Source of the DNA: Utricularia gibba
Lineage: Eukaryota > Plantae > Magnoliophyta
Assembly: GCA_002189035.1 (NCBI GenBank)
Contig: NEEC01000011.1
Coordinates: forward strand, 248,001 to 312,000
Direction of reading: 5' to 3'
DNA: 64,000 nt
Of the stretch, positions 36,990-49,800 are shown piece after piece. The notes under the pieces were generated by a model, which saw only the letters and a program-made list of their open reading frames with translations, had not been told where the DNA came from and ran no database searches. Within the stretch, counting starts at the first letter, position 1. The number at the start of each line of letters is the position of its first letter. The position numbers and the translations under genes are program-made.

Positions 36990-38990
36990 GAATACCATTG
37001 ATGTGAACTACAATATCTGAGTTTTCTGCATGAACCGCAGTTGGTCAGTCGTTGCAAGAAAATTTGGAAGCCTAGTAAATTTGGAGAATGCACAAATATC
37101 ACAAGGTTGGTTATGAGTAGAACAATCAAGTAGTATGTGTTTAGCTTGACTAGAATACAAGCTATTGTGCCACATCAAATAAGAATTCTGTTTCATTAGC
37201 TTGACTAGAATACAAGGCTATAGTGTTCAAGAACACATCAGCATAATTGAACGAAAAAAACTGCTGCGGGACAGGTAACTTGTTCATCAAAGCAAGGGCA
37301 TACAACTTAAGAATTCTAGACAAAAAGGATCTTTGTTCTAGAACATAAAGACCATTGCGCAGAACTCCCACCCCCAGGACAGTCTTAGAAGCCTGGTCCT
37401 ACAAAATCGTTAGGTACCAATGAACAAGAAGAATATAATAGCATCTAATTTAGAGACTGAGGAGGTGATGTCAAAAACTAGGAGCATAAAGAACATCATG
37501 TAGTGTGATGGTTTTTGTGAGGAAAATAGAACCTACACGAGTAGCTAAGCAAGCAGAACCATCTGGTAATAAGATGTTAATAGGTTTAGGAAAGATGTCT
37601 AAGGTGGAAAACATTGTTTCATTTGCACATAAATGAGAAGTGGCTCTAGTATCTATGATCCAGTGCCTACCTAACAACAATGTTAATGCATTATTTGACT
37701 CAACAATAGTACCTGCAAAATCCTTGAAGACATGATGTGCTTGTTCATTTGCTCCAATCTTTGATTATGGTTTTACCAATTTCAGTAGTTCCTGTTGAAT
37801 AATTTTCAAGGACTGTTTGGGCTACCAGTCAGATTTGCACTTGGGAAATCAGCAAGTGTTGCTGAATTCTGTGCTTCAGTCAAATTAGCACTATGCCCTT
37901 GGTTGACTAGTTTTTTCTTCTTATTTTTATATGGATAACCATTCAGTTTGTTTCACACAAATGACCTTCTCATTTACAATAGTTGCAAAGCATACCCTTT
38001 GGATCCTTCATAGACCTAGCTATAAAAGAAGCAGGAGTTGAGGAGGAAGACTGATCAATAGCTTTTTTTCAAGACTGATAATGGGCCAAGAAGGCACTCT
38101 CATGAACTTGATTCACCATAGCCAGTTTCAATTGTCCTTTCACCGTTACGATCATAGCATAAGCCTGATCTAGGTCGACTTCTAGCTTCATAGTGATGAT
38201 CTAATTCACAGTAGCCGAAAAGGAGTTGTTAAGAGCATTTAGAAACTCCACAAGTTTCATCATCTTAGTCGGCTTGGTTTCTTTGCACATCACACAATCA
38301 TTTGAAGGCATTAAACCATCTAGATTAGTCCATAAATTCCACATCTTAAAGTAATACTCATTGACACTCATCTAGCCTTGTGAAATACGATAGAGTGCAC
38401 GCTGAACTTGAAAAATAGCAGCCAAGTTCATTTGTCCCAGCTGTTTCTCAATAGTATCCTACAATTCTTTTACAGTTCTTGTAGAATTAAATTACTTGTC
38501 AATTCTTGTGAAATAGAATTCATGAGCCAATACCTGACAATAATGTCAACTCAATTCCACATCGCTTGAGTTGAATCTGAAGCAAGTGATTGCGATAGAG
38601 TTCCATTAACAAAACCTAGTTTGTTTCTTGCCTCTAACACCATCAGCATACTCCTGTGCCAAAGATAAAAAAATTCTTGGTAGTCAAGGATGGGGTGACC
38701 AACACTAGCCTTGGGTTATCTAATCCATGAACAAACAATGGGTTTTAGGTGTCCACCCATGGGTGTTGAAGGAGATTCAACAACTTTCTGAGATCCAAAA
38801 AATCTACTCGTGATTGCAATTGCCCTAAAGTTTCTGAAGAGGATTCCATGGTGAACGTCCATGCTCATCGCACCATGAACAAGTGGAGAGATTAGAGAGG
38901 TCAGACAACCCTACACAACAAAGATGCAAAGGAATTTCCTTTCTGTCATGAAAATCTCTCAACATCAAACACTACACATTGTTTAATTTA
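36990..38990 (-). mobile_element. Truncated, decayed Ty1/copia element (5' LTR end, PBS, gag, protease, GAG-pre-integrase)
   Basis: LTR end CA at 38876-38877 followed by PBS (38875-38858); protease WIIDTRATSHLC; LRNGLYVL and WHNSL pre-integrase motifs; CDICAFSKFTRLP; upper boundary uncertain. Confidence 0.75.
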
Positions 38991-39100
38991 CAAGGAACCC
39001 TAAGGGAAATTGACAAATACAATAAACAAAGGAAACTATTTCATAACAATTACAGATGTGTCCCTGATATCAACTGAAAAGAAAGAAAAAGAAGACATGC

Positions 39101-40344
39101 TGCGTGACGTTTTCTCAACAAATTTTAAATATTTATAAAACATAAAACACAAAAAGCGTAGTATGAGTATCGATTTCAGGGAGTTGTTTTTCGTGAAAAG
39201 TATTTGTAAGAAACTTTCACAAAATGTCACGGTTTTGCAAAAAGGGATTTTTAAGATGCAGAAATAAAAGTTATAACCTAAGTGATGGGCCTTGACTACG
39301 GGGCACAGTTCCTAGGAATGAGATTCCATCTCCTTCATTTGTCCATCCTTGCCTCAGTTTTCACTGATTTCTTCCGAATAGCTGGTTATAGGAGCAATGA
39401 ATAGCCTATTCTCCCTTACACTCTGATTGACAAGGAGGCACCGAAATAGCCTCATGTGATTCCCCCATAGATGATTAGGAAGACACGTGGATTGCCTTCA
39501 ATTGCCTTCAAAACTGAATTGTGCGTGTGTGCCTAGTTGTTGCCAATGGCCAGTGGCAGGTCTGAGGTCACAACCTGTCTACTGTCGCGGTACCTAGGCC
39601 ACAAACAATCCGCTACTTCCCTCGAACCGATAGGGTCGGAGTTGGTGCTCTTCACCTTGATCTTCACCAAAATCCGCAAGGAGTGGTCTGCTACTCATGG
39701 ACCTTAACTAGGAGTCGTTACAAAAAGATTGCAACAAGACACGTGGAAGTATGCAGAATCCGAATGGAATTCAGTGAAGAATCGAGTGTATTGCTCAGGA
39801 CTTGAAAGGAAATCGAAAGCTAAGTGTTCTTCCTCCTTGGAGGGGAGGAAGAACTCAAAAGTTCGAAGTACAAGAGAGAAAATGGCAAAAGTCCGAAACT
39901 AAGTGCTCCAAGTACTTTTTATATCACTCCCTACGTGCATAAACTCCTTTGGGCCCCCTTCCCATCATTCTTTCTGTCTTGCGTGCACCAGTAGCCTTCC
40001 TTTGCATGCAAGTTAGTGCCCAATCATTGTTGAAGACTCTGACATGCTGTAAGTCAAGGGCCTTACCAGTGTCAGTCTTCCACCCACAATCGTTCCAAAT
40101 CGCGTACAAGGCACGAAAAGTCAGACTATAACCACCTGCAATACTCTTGCAACACTCCACAGCAGTCTCCTGACATGTCTCGGTCAAAGTGTGCGAAAAA
40201 AGATAGAAAATATATACAAAATAGGAAAATAGGATTTTTCTAATGAAACACAATTACTTATCAATATATTTCCTAATTGCACGACTTAATACATAATTAA
40301 CACATAATAATACCTAATAAATAACTAGAAAATGACACTTAACA
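39101..40344 (-). mobile_element. Ty3/gypsy (Tat/Ogre-like) solo LTR, 1244 bp, inserted in an exon of the AIPP2-like gene
   Basis: TG...CA termini; minus-strand TATAAAAG ~39925; homologous to 63358-64000; flanked by AGACATGC on both sides; no PBS or PPT adjacent. Confidence 0.8.
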
Positions 40345-40932
40345 AGACATGCCTTTGGAAATTCACCATGTTGATGTGTTTCAAGAGTCGGATATGGTGG
40401 AGCAAGATAGGTGGAAATTCCTTTTAGTGTTTGAAGAATGAATTCTATATTTAAAAACATCAATGTTTCATAAATTCAGTTTGGACCAGCCTTGATTAGC
40501 TTATTGACACATTCAGTTAGTTGTTTTTGTCTATTCTTTTATAAGATTCTCTTGTCCTACAGGTGAAAGTTTGTGATATTTGTGGGGATACAGAGTGTGA
40601 GGACTTCATGTCTGTAGTCAATGAAATGATGGCACTGAACACATGCATGCTTCAGATGTCTTGGAGTTTAGTGCACTTTTGTTGCTCCTTTTTCTTCTCA
40701 TAGATTGACATACTACATTCTCTATCTCAATTATTGCATGAGAGTTATGCTGGATAAAGTTCCTGAAGGTGATTGGCTTTGTGAAATCTGAAATACCAAA
40801 AACAATTGGCAAGGTGTCTTAAAATGAGAAAAATAATTCCTCTGGTCACACAAATAGTGACTGCATAAATGGTACTTATATTGAGGAACAAATGAGAAAA
40901 GACAATCAAAAAGCTCATCCTAAGATACATAA

Positions 40933-42432
40933 GCAGTGTTTTATAAAACTTTTATAGGTTACTTTTACTTTTGTAGATATACTTTTGAAAAGTAGAAGTA
41001 AACTTAATAAAAACAAAAATAGATTCTAGTGCTTTGAACAAATTTTTACTTTTGAACTAAATTTATTTTTATTTATAATATTCATTATTTTTATCTGATT
41101 ATATTCAAAAGATTGATTCATTAGATCAGAAATTTTAAAATACAAATAAAGTTGAAAACAACATAATTGTTACACTCTCACATGTCGAAATCTCCAAAGT
41201 TGATCACAAATTGCATCACGAATGGTTTCTATTGAATTTCTTTGTGCACTGCCTTCTTTTTCTTCCATTGGATCTTCATCAGTTTCAAATATGGATCATT
41301 GTATTCACTTAGATCACGCCCATCATCTTCTGCATTAACTTGTCGAAGAAAAATATGAATTGTCATAGTTGCAACAACCAAATGCACTTGATGGCATAGC
41401 TTCAAGTCACAAGGCATGTCATTCATATTGTGAAAATGCTTTTTCCACACACCAAATGATCTTTCAATGACTGAATATAGTGATGAATGTCTATGGTTGA
41501 ACAACTCTTTAGGTCGAGTATATCCATGTCTTGAGCGTTGAAATTCTATTAAGTGATAGCACGTTCTACGAAGTGGTGCCATATAATCATTTGTGTTGAA
41601 AAAACCAGAATCAACTAAGTAATATTTTCCTTTGATCACAAAGTTAGACAAGTAAGATTGTATCAAATATTATGGTATGAAATGTTTGATTCAAAATGAA
41701 GTACCTAATGGTGGATGTGGGAACTCATCTTCATCATTACGTAAACATTCTTTTATCATCCTACTATCATGTGTGATTTCTTCATATCCTACAGCAACAA
41801 AAATGAACTGTATATTGAAATCACAAACTGCCGAAATGTTTTGAGTAGAAACCCCTTTATGTCCAATGTAGCAAACTCTTTCTTCAATGAATTCAATTGA
41901 AAATTCCTCAATTACAAAATCGCCTCATCCTTTTGAATGAGATATAGAAAAAAAATCGAGACTTAAAAAACAAGATATAAAGAGAAGTATAGCATTCAAT
42001 ATTGTAATATGAAAGGCCTGCTAATAGATAGGATTACAATCAAACAACTAGTTGAGGAATTGAAAAACTCCAATTAATGACGTATATGGAATGCAGCCAC
42101 CCAAATAGAAGAAAAACATAGAAGGAAAGGCAAAGTAGAAAAATTCACAGCATACCATAAGCAACAACCTTAAGAAAAAATACTTTTGAGTTATGTGGTA
42201 CAGATGTTTGACGACGGACTTCCAAGAAGAAGTTTTCACACACCTTTAAAAAGTATACTATGTGTGACTTCCGCAAAAGTTTTTTTTTATCATATGATTT
42301 TAATATTATCTTTAATAAAAGTATTTTTGAAAATAATGATGCTTTGAAAATAAAAAAAATAACTTTTACTTCTATAGAAGTAAAATTTCTATAGAAGTAA
42401 AAGTTCACCATATAAGTTTTGCAGAGCACTGT
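40933..42432 (-). mobile_element. Internally deleted PIF/Harbinger element carrying a DDE_Tnp_4 transposase fragment (41229-41920)
   Basis: GKYYLVDSGF...YH...ELFNHRHSSLYSVIERSFGVWKK and upstream QNI.AVCDFNIQF.FV.VG.E...HDSR; imperfect about 45-bp TIRs beginning CAGTG; TAA/TTA at the flanks. Confidence 0.75.
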
Positions 42433-45400
42433 TATACAAATGATTCTGATGGTGAAGTTTGTTCAAAACTCAAGAAGCCACGTATTGAGTCCATAGTTGA
42501 GTCACCTAAGACACTTAATCCGCGCATTCCAGCAGCAGCTGGCCTTACAAGGGCAAGTTCTTCAAGGGGTGCAGAGAAATCTTCTACAGAAAACATCCAG
42601 GTGAACGAAATAACACAGAATTGACAGGCTATACTTCAAAGCGCAGACAGCAAAAGGTTCAAGGTTGTGATCTCTAGCTTTTCGCCTTCATATTGTTTCA
42701 TGCTCCTTTCTAGGGTCCAGTTCACTTGCTGAATTGTTGTTATTCTATGATAACCTGAGTCATGACCAAGCCGCTCTGAATGCTTCACGTAGTTTATTAA
42801 AATCAAATTCATTTAGTTTCATGAGTTTAAAATCCAAAGTCAAGCTTCCTGATCAAGTTATGATAAAGAGGTAAAAATCAATGAAGGAACATGCGTCTGG
42901 CTACCGAAATGAGGATACATTCATATCCAATGGCAGGTCTACTTCATTTAAGTCGGCCAACTCTTTCCACAGTGAACCAAAAGTAAAGATACTATCTTCT
43001 AGACCATCTGATGTTCTGGTCATGAAATCTGCAAGAAGGAGAGCTCCTTCTGAAGGCCAGGTATTTGTTTAAGCGGAAATTTCACCTGTTACTCCAGCTT
43101 CTGCATCAAGGATTGATAAGAAAACAGCTACTGTTGGAGAATCATTGTCAAGGATTGATAAAAAATCTACAACAGGTGCAGAAATGTCATCTTTAACTGC
43201 TGTTTCTTCTAAGCAAGAAAAAAAACCCCTGCAACCTGCATTGATATCCAGATCTTCTAGCTTTCAAATTCGAAAATTCTTTAATCCTCCTGCTTCTGTA
43301 GGTAATGTTTGTTCTGATTCTCCTAGCAAGCCTGAAATAGACTTTTATGTAAACTGCATCTTATGTTACTGAAAATGTTCTTGTTGTTTATAGCTGATTT
43401 TAGGAGGCCGTCATCACATGCTAATAGTAGTGCTGGGGTCTCATCTGGGAGTGGAATAAAAAAAATTGACAAAGGGAATCAATCTTTATTGAGTGTGGAT
43501 GGAGGTCAACCTGATGGATTGTCACGGGAAAGTGATTCCAGTGAGCAAATGAAAGTATATTCTGGGAGCCACGGTGCACGGTCATCTACTAAGCCCTCAA
43601 AACATGAAACCTCCAATGTTAGAGCTGCAATCAAAGCCGCTTTTTTGAAAAAGCCCGCTGCATATCTAAGGAATAGAAACATGGGGCAGTCTGATGCCTC
43701 AACAATATCAAGCACGTTTTGTGATGCAAGTTCGCATCAGGATTGTCGGGCTGCTTCATCTGATAGAATTAAAGTGGTTTCTGATGCAGATCAGGCTGAG
43801 AAGGCTATTGCATGCCAGAAATATAATAATGATACTCTTGAACATGAAAGTGTCAATAACCTAGGGCAGGCCTCACTGATTACAATTAAGGATCAGTCTT
43901 CTGCAGGGCATCATGATGCCTGTGCTGGAAATACCTCAAGGGAGCATTTGTACAAGTTTCCAGTGGCAATTATTTCCTTTATGAAACACATAGCGATCCC
44001 TGAACATGAATGTGTTTGGCAGTATGGCCTTTAGATTATGTGGCCTCGATACATTTTCTTATAATTTGTGTTTGTTCGTGGTTGGTTATTTAGTTACAAT
44101 CTGAATTTATGCGTAGGGGAAGCTTTGAGATTTTCTGGAGTGGTAAAATTGTTAAGTTAATAGATGGGATTCAAGCACATTTATCATCTGCTGCATCACC
44201 CAAAGTTCTCGAAGCAGTGAATAAATTGCAAAGCAGAATCGTACTCAATGAAGTGCCTCGTTTGAGCTCCTGGCCAACGCAGTTTCAGACATTTGGTGTC
44301 AGAGATGATAACATTGCACTCTTCTTTTTTGCGAAGGACCTTGAAAGGTTATTTTTTAGTTTTTTCTGCGTTTAAAGGTTATATTTTTAGTTTTTGCATA
44401 TGATGTGGTGAGTACACCTTTTTTGTTTAGCTGAAGAATGAATTTTTGCTAAACTTACAGTTATAACAAGGTTTAAAAGATTACACTTGATAATATGATG
44501 CAGAAAGACCTGGCTTTCAAAGGAAATGTTGGTAGTACCGAGCTCCTAATATTTCCTTCCTACCTTCTTCCGGGTATTTCTCAGAGTAAGTTGAGTACTT
44601 CATATTTCTCATTCATTACGCCCCATCTGATCTCTTACCTAATATTTGTCACTGGTCAGCATCTTAAAAATATCTTTGTTTTTTTATTTTCATGAATATC
44701 TCTAAAGAAGTCCATGAACTCTCCCACGTTAATCATTTTCTGCAAGAGCCGCATTTCTTACATCTTTTCCTGTCTTATTCCTGCTATTATAACTGTATAT
44801 CAATTTTCCTGCTTCCGCAGGTTGGAATTTGCTGCTTTTCCTGTGGGGTGTTTTTAGAGCTAAGAAAGAATGTTATCTGCAGCAAAATCCTGAGGTATCG
44901 AACCATGTTTCCTCTGCATATCAGGTTGCCAAGAAACCTGTAGTGGCCTGTCCTGTTGATGGATGCGCAACGAGACCTTCCAGTGAAGTTTTGGTTGGGA
45001 AACAAGTCTTGGCACGAGTGCTTGGAACACTGCCAGAAGAATTTGAGTCAATGAAAGTTACCAACGCAGATAGAATTGTTGAGGTATCTGCATCTGATCT
45101 TCCTGACCGCAAAATGAATTCTATTTACGAAGTTGAAATGCATGATAGCGCATCATTGCTGTTTCCTGTAGAAAGGGACCATCATTGTTGATCAGAGTCT
45201 TCCTGGTGATTTAACTACTGAATCTGTGGCAAAAAAACCATTGAAAGACGTGTCATTTGATGCAGAGCAACTGCAGCATCTTTCCGGGGAATCAACAGAT
45301 GTTTCTTCTGCAGCAGATTCTGGTCGGGGAAATCTTCTGTCTAGTAATCATCCTTCTCAGAAACTTGCTATCGATGCTATGGAAACATCAGTTAATCAAA

Positions 45401-46837
45401 TGCCCCCAAGAAGCATGATGGATTCTCTAGAGATTTGAAGTTAGATCCTGATGCATGTCTTTGTGAGGACGATGAATCTCTCCTTCCTGGAACTTGCGAG
45501 TTGCCGCTAAGGTTTGGTTGTCCGCGAGATGGTGCATGCAATACGCCCATAAAGGGAAGTAGTATGAGTTTTGTTACTGTGCAGATACAATTGTGAAAAA
45601 TTGCAAGGCCTGTGGTGCCATGTGTCATTTTCAGTATATATACCCCATTAATAAGTTGCCATGCTTTGCAGGTTGAACCTTTTCACACTGAAAGACACTT
45701 CTTTCCGGCCAGCTCATCACGCACGAATGATGACATGAGCTTGGCTAGTGGATCATCAAACTCCCCAAAACTGCTCACTGACCATGCCCTGGATCAGCCT
45801 CCAACTCTGGAACTCGCACTAGGTACACCAAGTGTTGGCCGTTTTCATCATCCTGTAGTGAAGGAAAAGCAAGGGATGGGCGAGTGGGCCATGAAGAAGA
45901 AAGTTCCAGTCCCAGTGACGGAATATTATCGGCAGCATCCCTCCCTGTCATGCCCCTTCCCTGAGAACCAACAGAAACCCTGCACCGGCGCTATGGAGCT
46001 TCGTTTCGGAAAGGTAAGAGGCCAGTGGTGACTTTGTAAAGCAAGCTTTGTTTGTCCTTGACAGTAGGATGTGTACATAATGTTGAACAAGTGTAGGGTA
46101 GTTTTTGAGCCCCATGCAGCTTTTTTATTAACTTCTGAGGCTGAAGTATTTTATTCACTTTTCTCCTCCATACGAGGCCCGAAAGAGGGGTCCAAATGAG
46201 TCTCCATTTATGTTAAAATCTAATTCAGTTTGGCCTGGCTTCGTTTTGTTAGTTAGGTTCGGGTTATCCAGAAGGATGGGTCGGGTTGAAAATAAATAAT
46301 TTTAATTTTTTTTCTCCAAAAATCTGAGAAGCATCAAAATGAATTTTTTTTTATGTAAATTCGAAAATGTAATTCAAAGGAAAGAATTAATGATATTTTA
46401 TATTAGAATAATATGAAATTAAAGAATTGATTATATTCTGTTAGAATAATGATATAATAGGAGATGCTATTAATAAAAACTATACATAATTTGTGGTTTA
46501 TCTAATATGGGTTCAGATAAACATGAATGTGTGGAGTGTATATTAAAAATAACATTTAGTACATGAATTTAATTAATTTGTGTCATATAATATTATATAT
46601 TTCATACATGTTTAATATAATTGAATTTATAATGAATTACGGTTTTACCATCATGCATTTTGAATGAACTAGGACAAATTAAGATGATGTAAGATAATTT
46701 GAAATTAGGACAAATTTAGAGTAAAAGTACAATAAATTGGGCAAACATAGATAAGAAAGCTAGGTATCAATACACACTAGTGTTAAATGATTTCATTTCA
46801 TTGCAAAATATATTTTATGACATTTAACATAATTTAG

Positions 46838-49800
46838 CACATCAGGTGCTGATCTCCAGCGTCTTCTTCCATATTCATCAGCATATCTTATTTATTCTGC
46901 AGATTACTTCCTCTAAGCTAGAGTATCTCTCTATCCCAAGAAGTCTACGGAATAGATTTAACCCACGTGCCTTCAAAGGTTTAGTGATGAAGACATCTGC
47001 CACTTGATCTTCAATGTTTACATAGCATAGTGAACCTTCTGCTCTTGCACACATTCACATAGAAAATGAAACCTGGTATGAATATGCTTACTCCTTTGAT
47101 GAAACGCCAGATTCTTGCCAAGTGCAATAGCAGACTTATTATCAATCCCAATCTCAATTGGATTTATAACTAGAAATTTGAGACTCTCCAACATAAACAT
47201 TAGCCAAAGTGCATGCTAGACAATAAAATTTGCTGCCACATATTCTACTTCACAGGAACTTAGTGTCACCACGCTTTGCTTCTTGGAACTCTAGACAATA
47301 GCAATTTCTCCCATTAAAAATGCAAATCCTGTAGTGCTTTTGGCATCATCCACGCAGCCAGCACAATCACTGTCACTGAAGCCTCTAAGTTCATATAATT
47401 CAAAGTGTTGATACCATAAGCCATAGTCTAGTGTCTCCTTCAAGTATCTCAGTATGCTTTTAGCAGCTTTCATATGAGTTTCCTTCAGATTTTTTATGAA
47501 TCTTCATACCAAACCAACAACAAACAATATATCTAGCCTGGTACTTGTAATGTAATATAATGAACCAATCAGGCTTTTATAGGTTGTAGGATTCACAGTA
47601 GTAAATTGATCCTCTATACTCAATCAGTCATATTGAATGCCTTGCTCATCTCCTCTTTGAAGCATTTGATTTCGTCCTCATTACCCCATGTCACTAACAA
47701 GCAATCAACATATATTAATACCACCAATAATTGAGAAATAGAAGTCCCAAAGGCATAAAGAGAGTGCTCATGAACACATTGCACAAATGCTTTTTCCTTC
47801 AAGTAGGCATTAATTGTATTATTCCAAGCTCTAGGGCTGTTCAACACATGTCACCATACAATGCCTTGTGTAATTTCAACACTTTTCCTTCATCTCCTTC
47901 TTTGATGAATCTCAAGGGCTGTTCAACATATACTTCTTCTTCCATGCACCATTTAAGAATGCGGTTTTAACATCCATTTGCCACATTCTCCACCTGAATT
48001 GAGTAGCCAATGAAACAAGAATTCTGACAGTCTCCATCCGTGTAACAGGGGCAAAAACCTGATCATAATCAACTCCTCATTGTTTATATCTTTTGACCAC
48101 CAACCAAGCTTTATACCAATCTATCTCACCATTTGCTTTGTATTTGATTTTTTAGAGCCACTTGACTCCAATCACAGCTTTGTTTGAAGGTCTGTCAACG
48201 ATGCTCCATGTTTGGTTCTTCTCAATTGATTTCATCTCCTGTTCCATTGCTTCTTGCTATACTTGTTCCTTAACAGCATAAAAAAAATCTACAGGTTACA
48301 AAGAGACAAAAACGACTAAAATTGCCAACTTCCTGGTAAAATTCGTGACTCTATCCAAACCAGTCATACAGATAAACTTCCAAGTGCCTTGGAATTCTCC
48401 TGGCTCGTGTCTCTCTTATTGGTGCTGACACCACATTTCCAGAATCAACAGGAGCTATCTCAAGGACCTGTAAATCATCATCAAGGGGAGAATCATTAAT
48501 GAAAGTGTATTTATTCTCAATAGGCTTCGAATCCCAGCTCTTGGACTTATTCAAAACCACATCTCTTCTAAGATGGATTTGTTGCTTCACTAGGTCAAAT
48601 AGCTTGTACTGCTTTGCAACCTGATCATAGCTGATAAACACAAGCTTTTGTGACCTCTCATCCAGCTTGCTTCGTAGTGAATCATCATTGTGTACATATG
48701 CAATTGATCCGAAAAATTTCATATGTGAAACAAAAGGTTTCATACCAATAAATGCCTCTTTTGGTGTCATGTTCTTCAGACTTTGGGTTGAGCTCCTGAT
48801 TAATATATAAACTGCCAAATAGTAGCTTCTCCCCAAAGCTCCTTCGGTACTTATTTTGTTTTCAGCAAGCTTCGCACCATATCCAAAATTGTCCTGTTTT
48901 TCCTTCCACAACACCACTTTGTTGTGAAGTCCTTACTGCAAAAAATTCATGATGAATGCCCAAATTTTTGCAATATTTTCGAAATTTGTTTGGAGTGACT
49001 CTCCCTCTTGATCAGCTCTCAGCCTAATTACTGAAAGGCCAGTTTGCCTCTCTACCATGGCCTGATATTCATAAAAAATCTGAAACACACCAGATTTAAA
49101 TTTCAGGATATAAATCCGTGTCTTCCTGTTGTAATCATCAATATAGAGCAAGAAATATTTATTTCCTCCTAAAGTTTCTGGTTTGATTGGTCCACAAATA
49201 TCACTATGGATCAATTCAAGTGGCTGACTTGCTTGAAATTCTTTTGTCGTTGGGATCTCTGTTCGTGGTTGCTTCCCAAAGATGCAACCTTCGAAAATTG
49301 CACCAGAATGATCAATATAGGGAAGACCTTTTACAAGGTGTTTTTGACTCATCATCTTCAATCTCTCGAAGTTGATATGTCCAAGTTTCAGATGTTATAT
49401 CCAATCTTCATAATCAAAGCATGCTTTAAGGCACATGGGTGTAACCACTTGAAGATCTAGTGGGAACATCCTGTTTACTTGCATTTTTACTGTAAAAATT
49501 GCTCTTTTATCATGATCAATCAAGGTGAGGGACTTGTTTTGTGTATAAAAGTCATATCCATTCTCCAGAAATTTTCCAAGGCTCAGAATGTTGTTTTTGA
49601 GATTGGGAACATTTAACACATTAGCAATAGAAACAAAATTCTCATTCCTCATACAAAGAGTTCCTTCACCTCCCACTACTAATTTAGAAGTATCTCCAAG
49701 TGAGATGGAGTCTAAACGATCCTTTAGCATGTTGGAGAATGATGTTTGCTGGCCACACATATGATTAGTCGCACCAGTATCTAGATACCAAGTGATTGAA

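Larger units (their letters stand above)
39004..46031 (+). pseudogene. AIPP2/PAIPP2-like (PHD finger plus AIPP2-type SPOC-like domain) pseudogene split by TE insertions
   Basis: ESDMVEQD|VKVCDICGD (40563), YCMRVMLDKVPEGDWLCE, IPEHECVWQ|GSFEI...GIQAHLSS.ASPKVLEAV...VPRLSSWP.QF...DNIALFFFAKDLE, ELLIFPS.LLP...WN.LLFLWGVFR; frameshift and TGA in PHD exons, in-frame TAA at 43070-43072 and ~44474, frameshifts ~45185 and ~45435. Confidence 0.85.
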
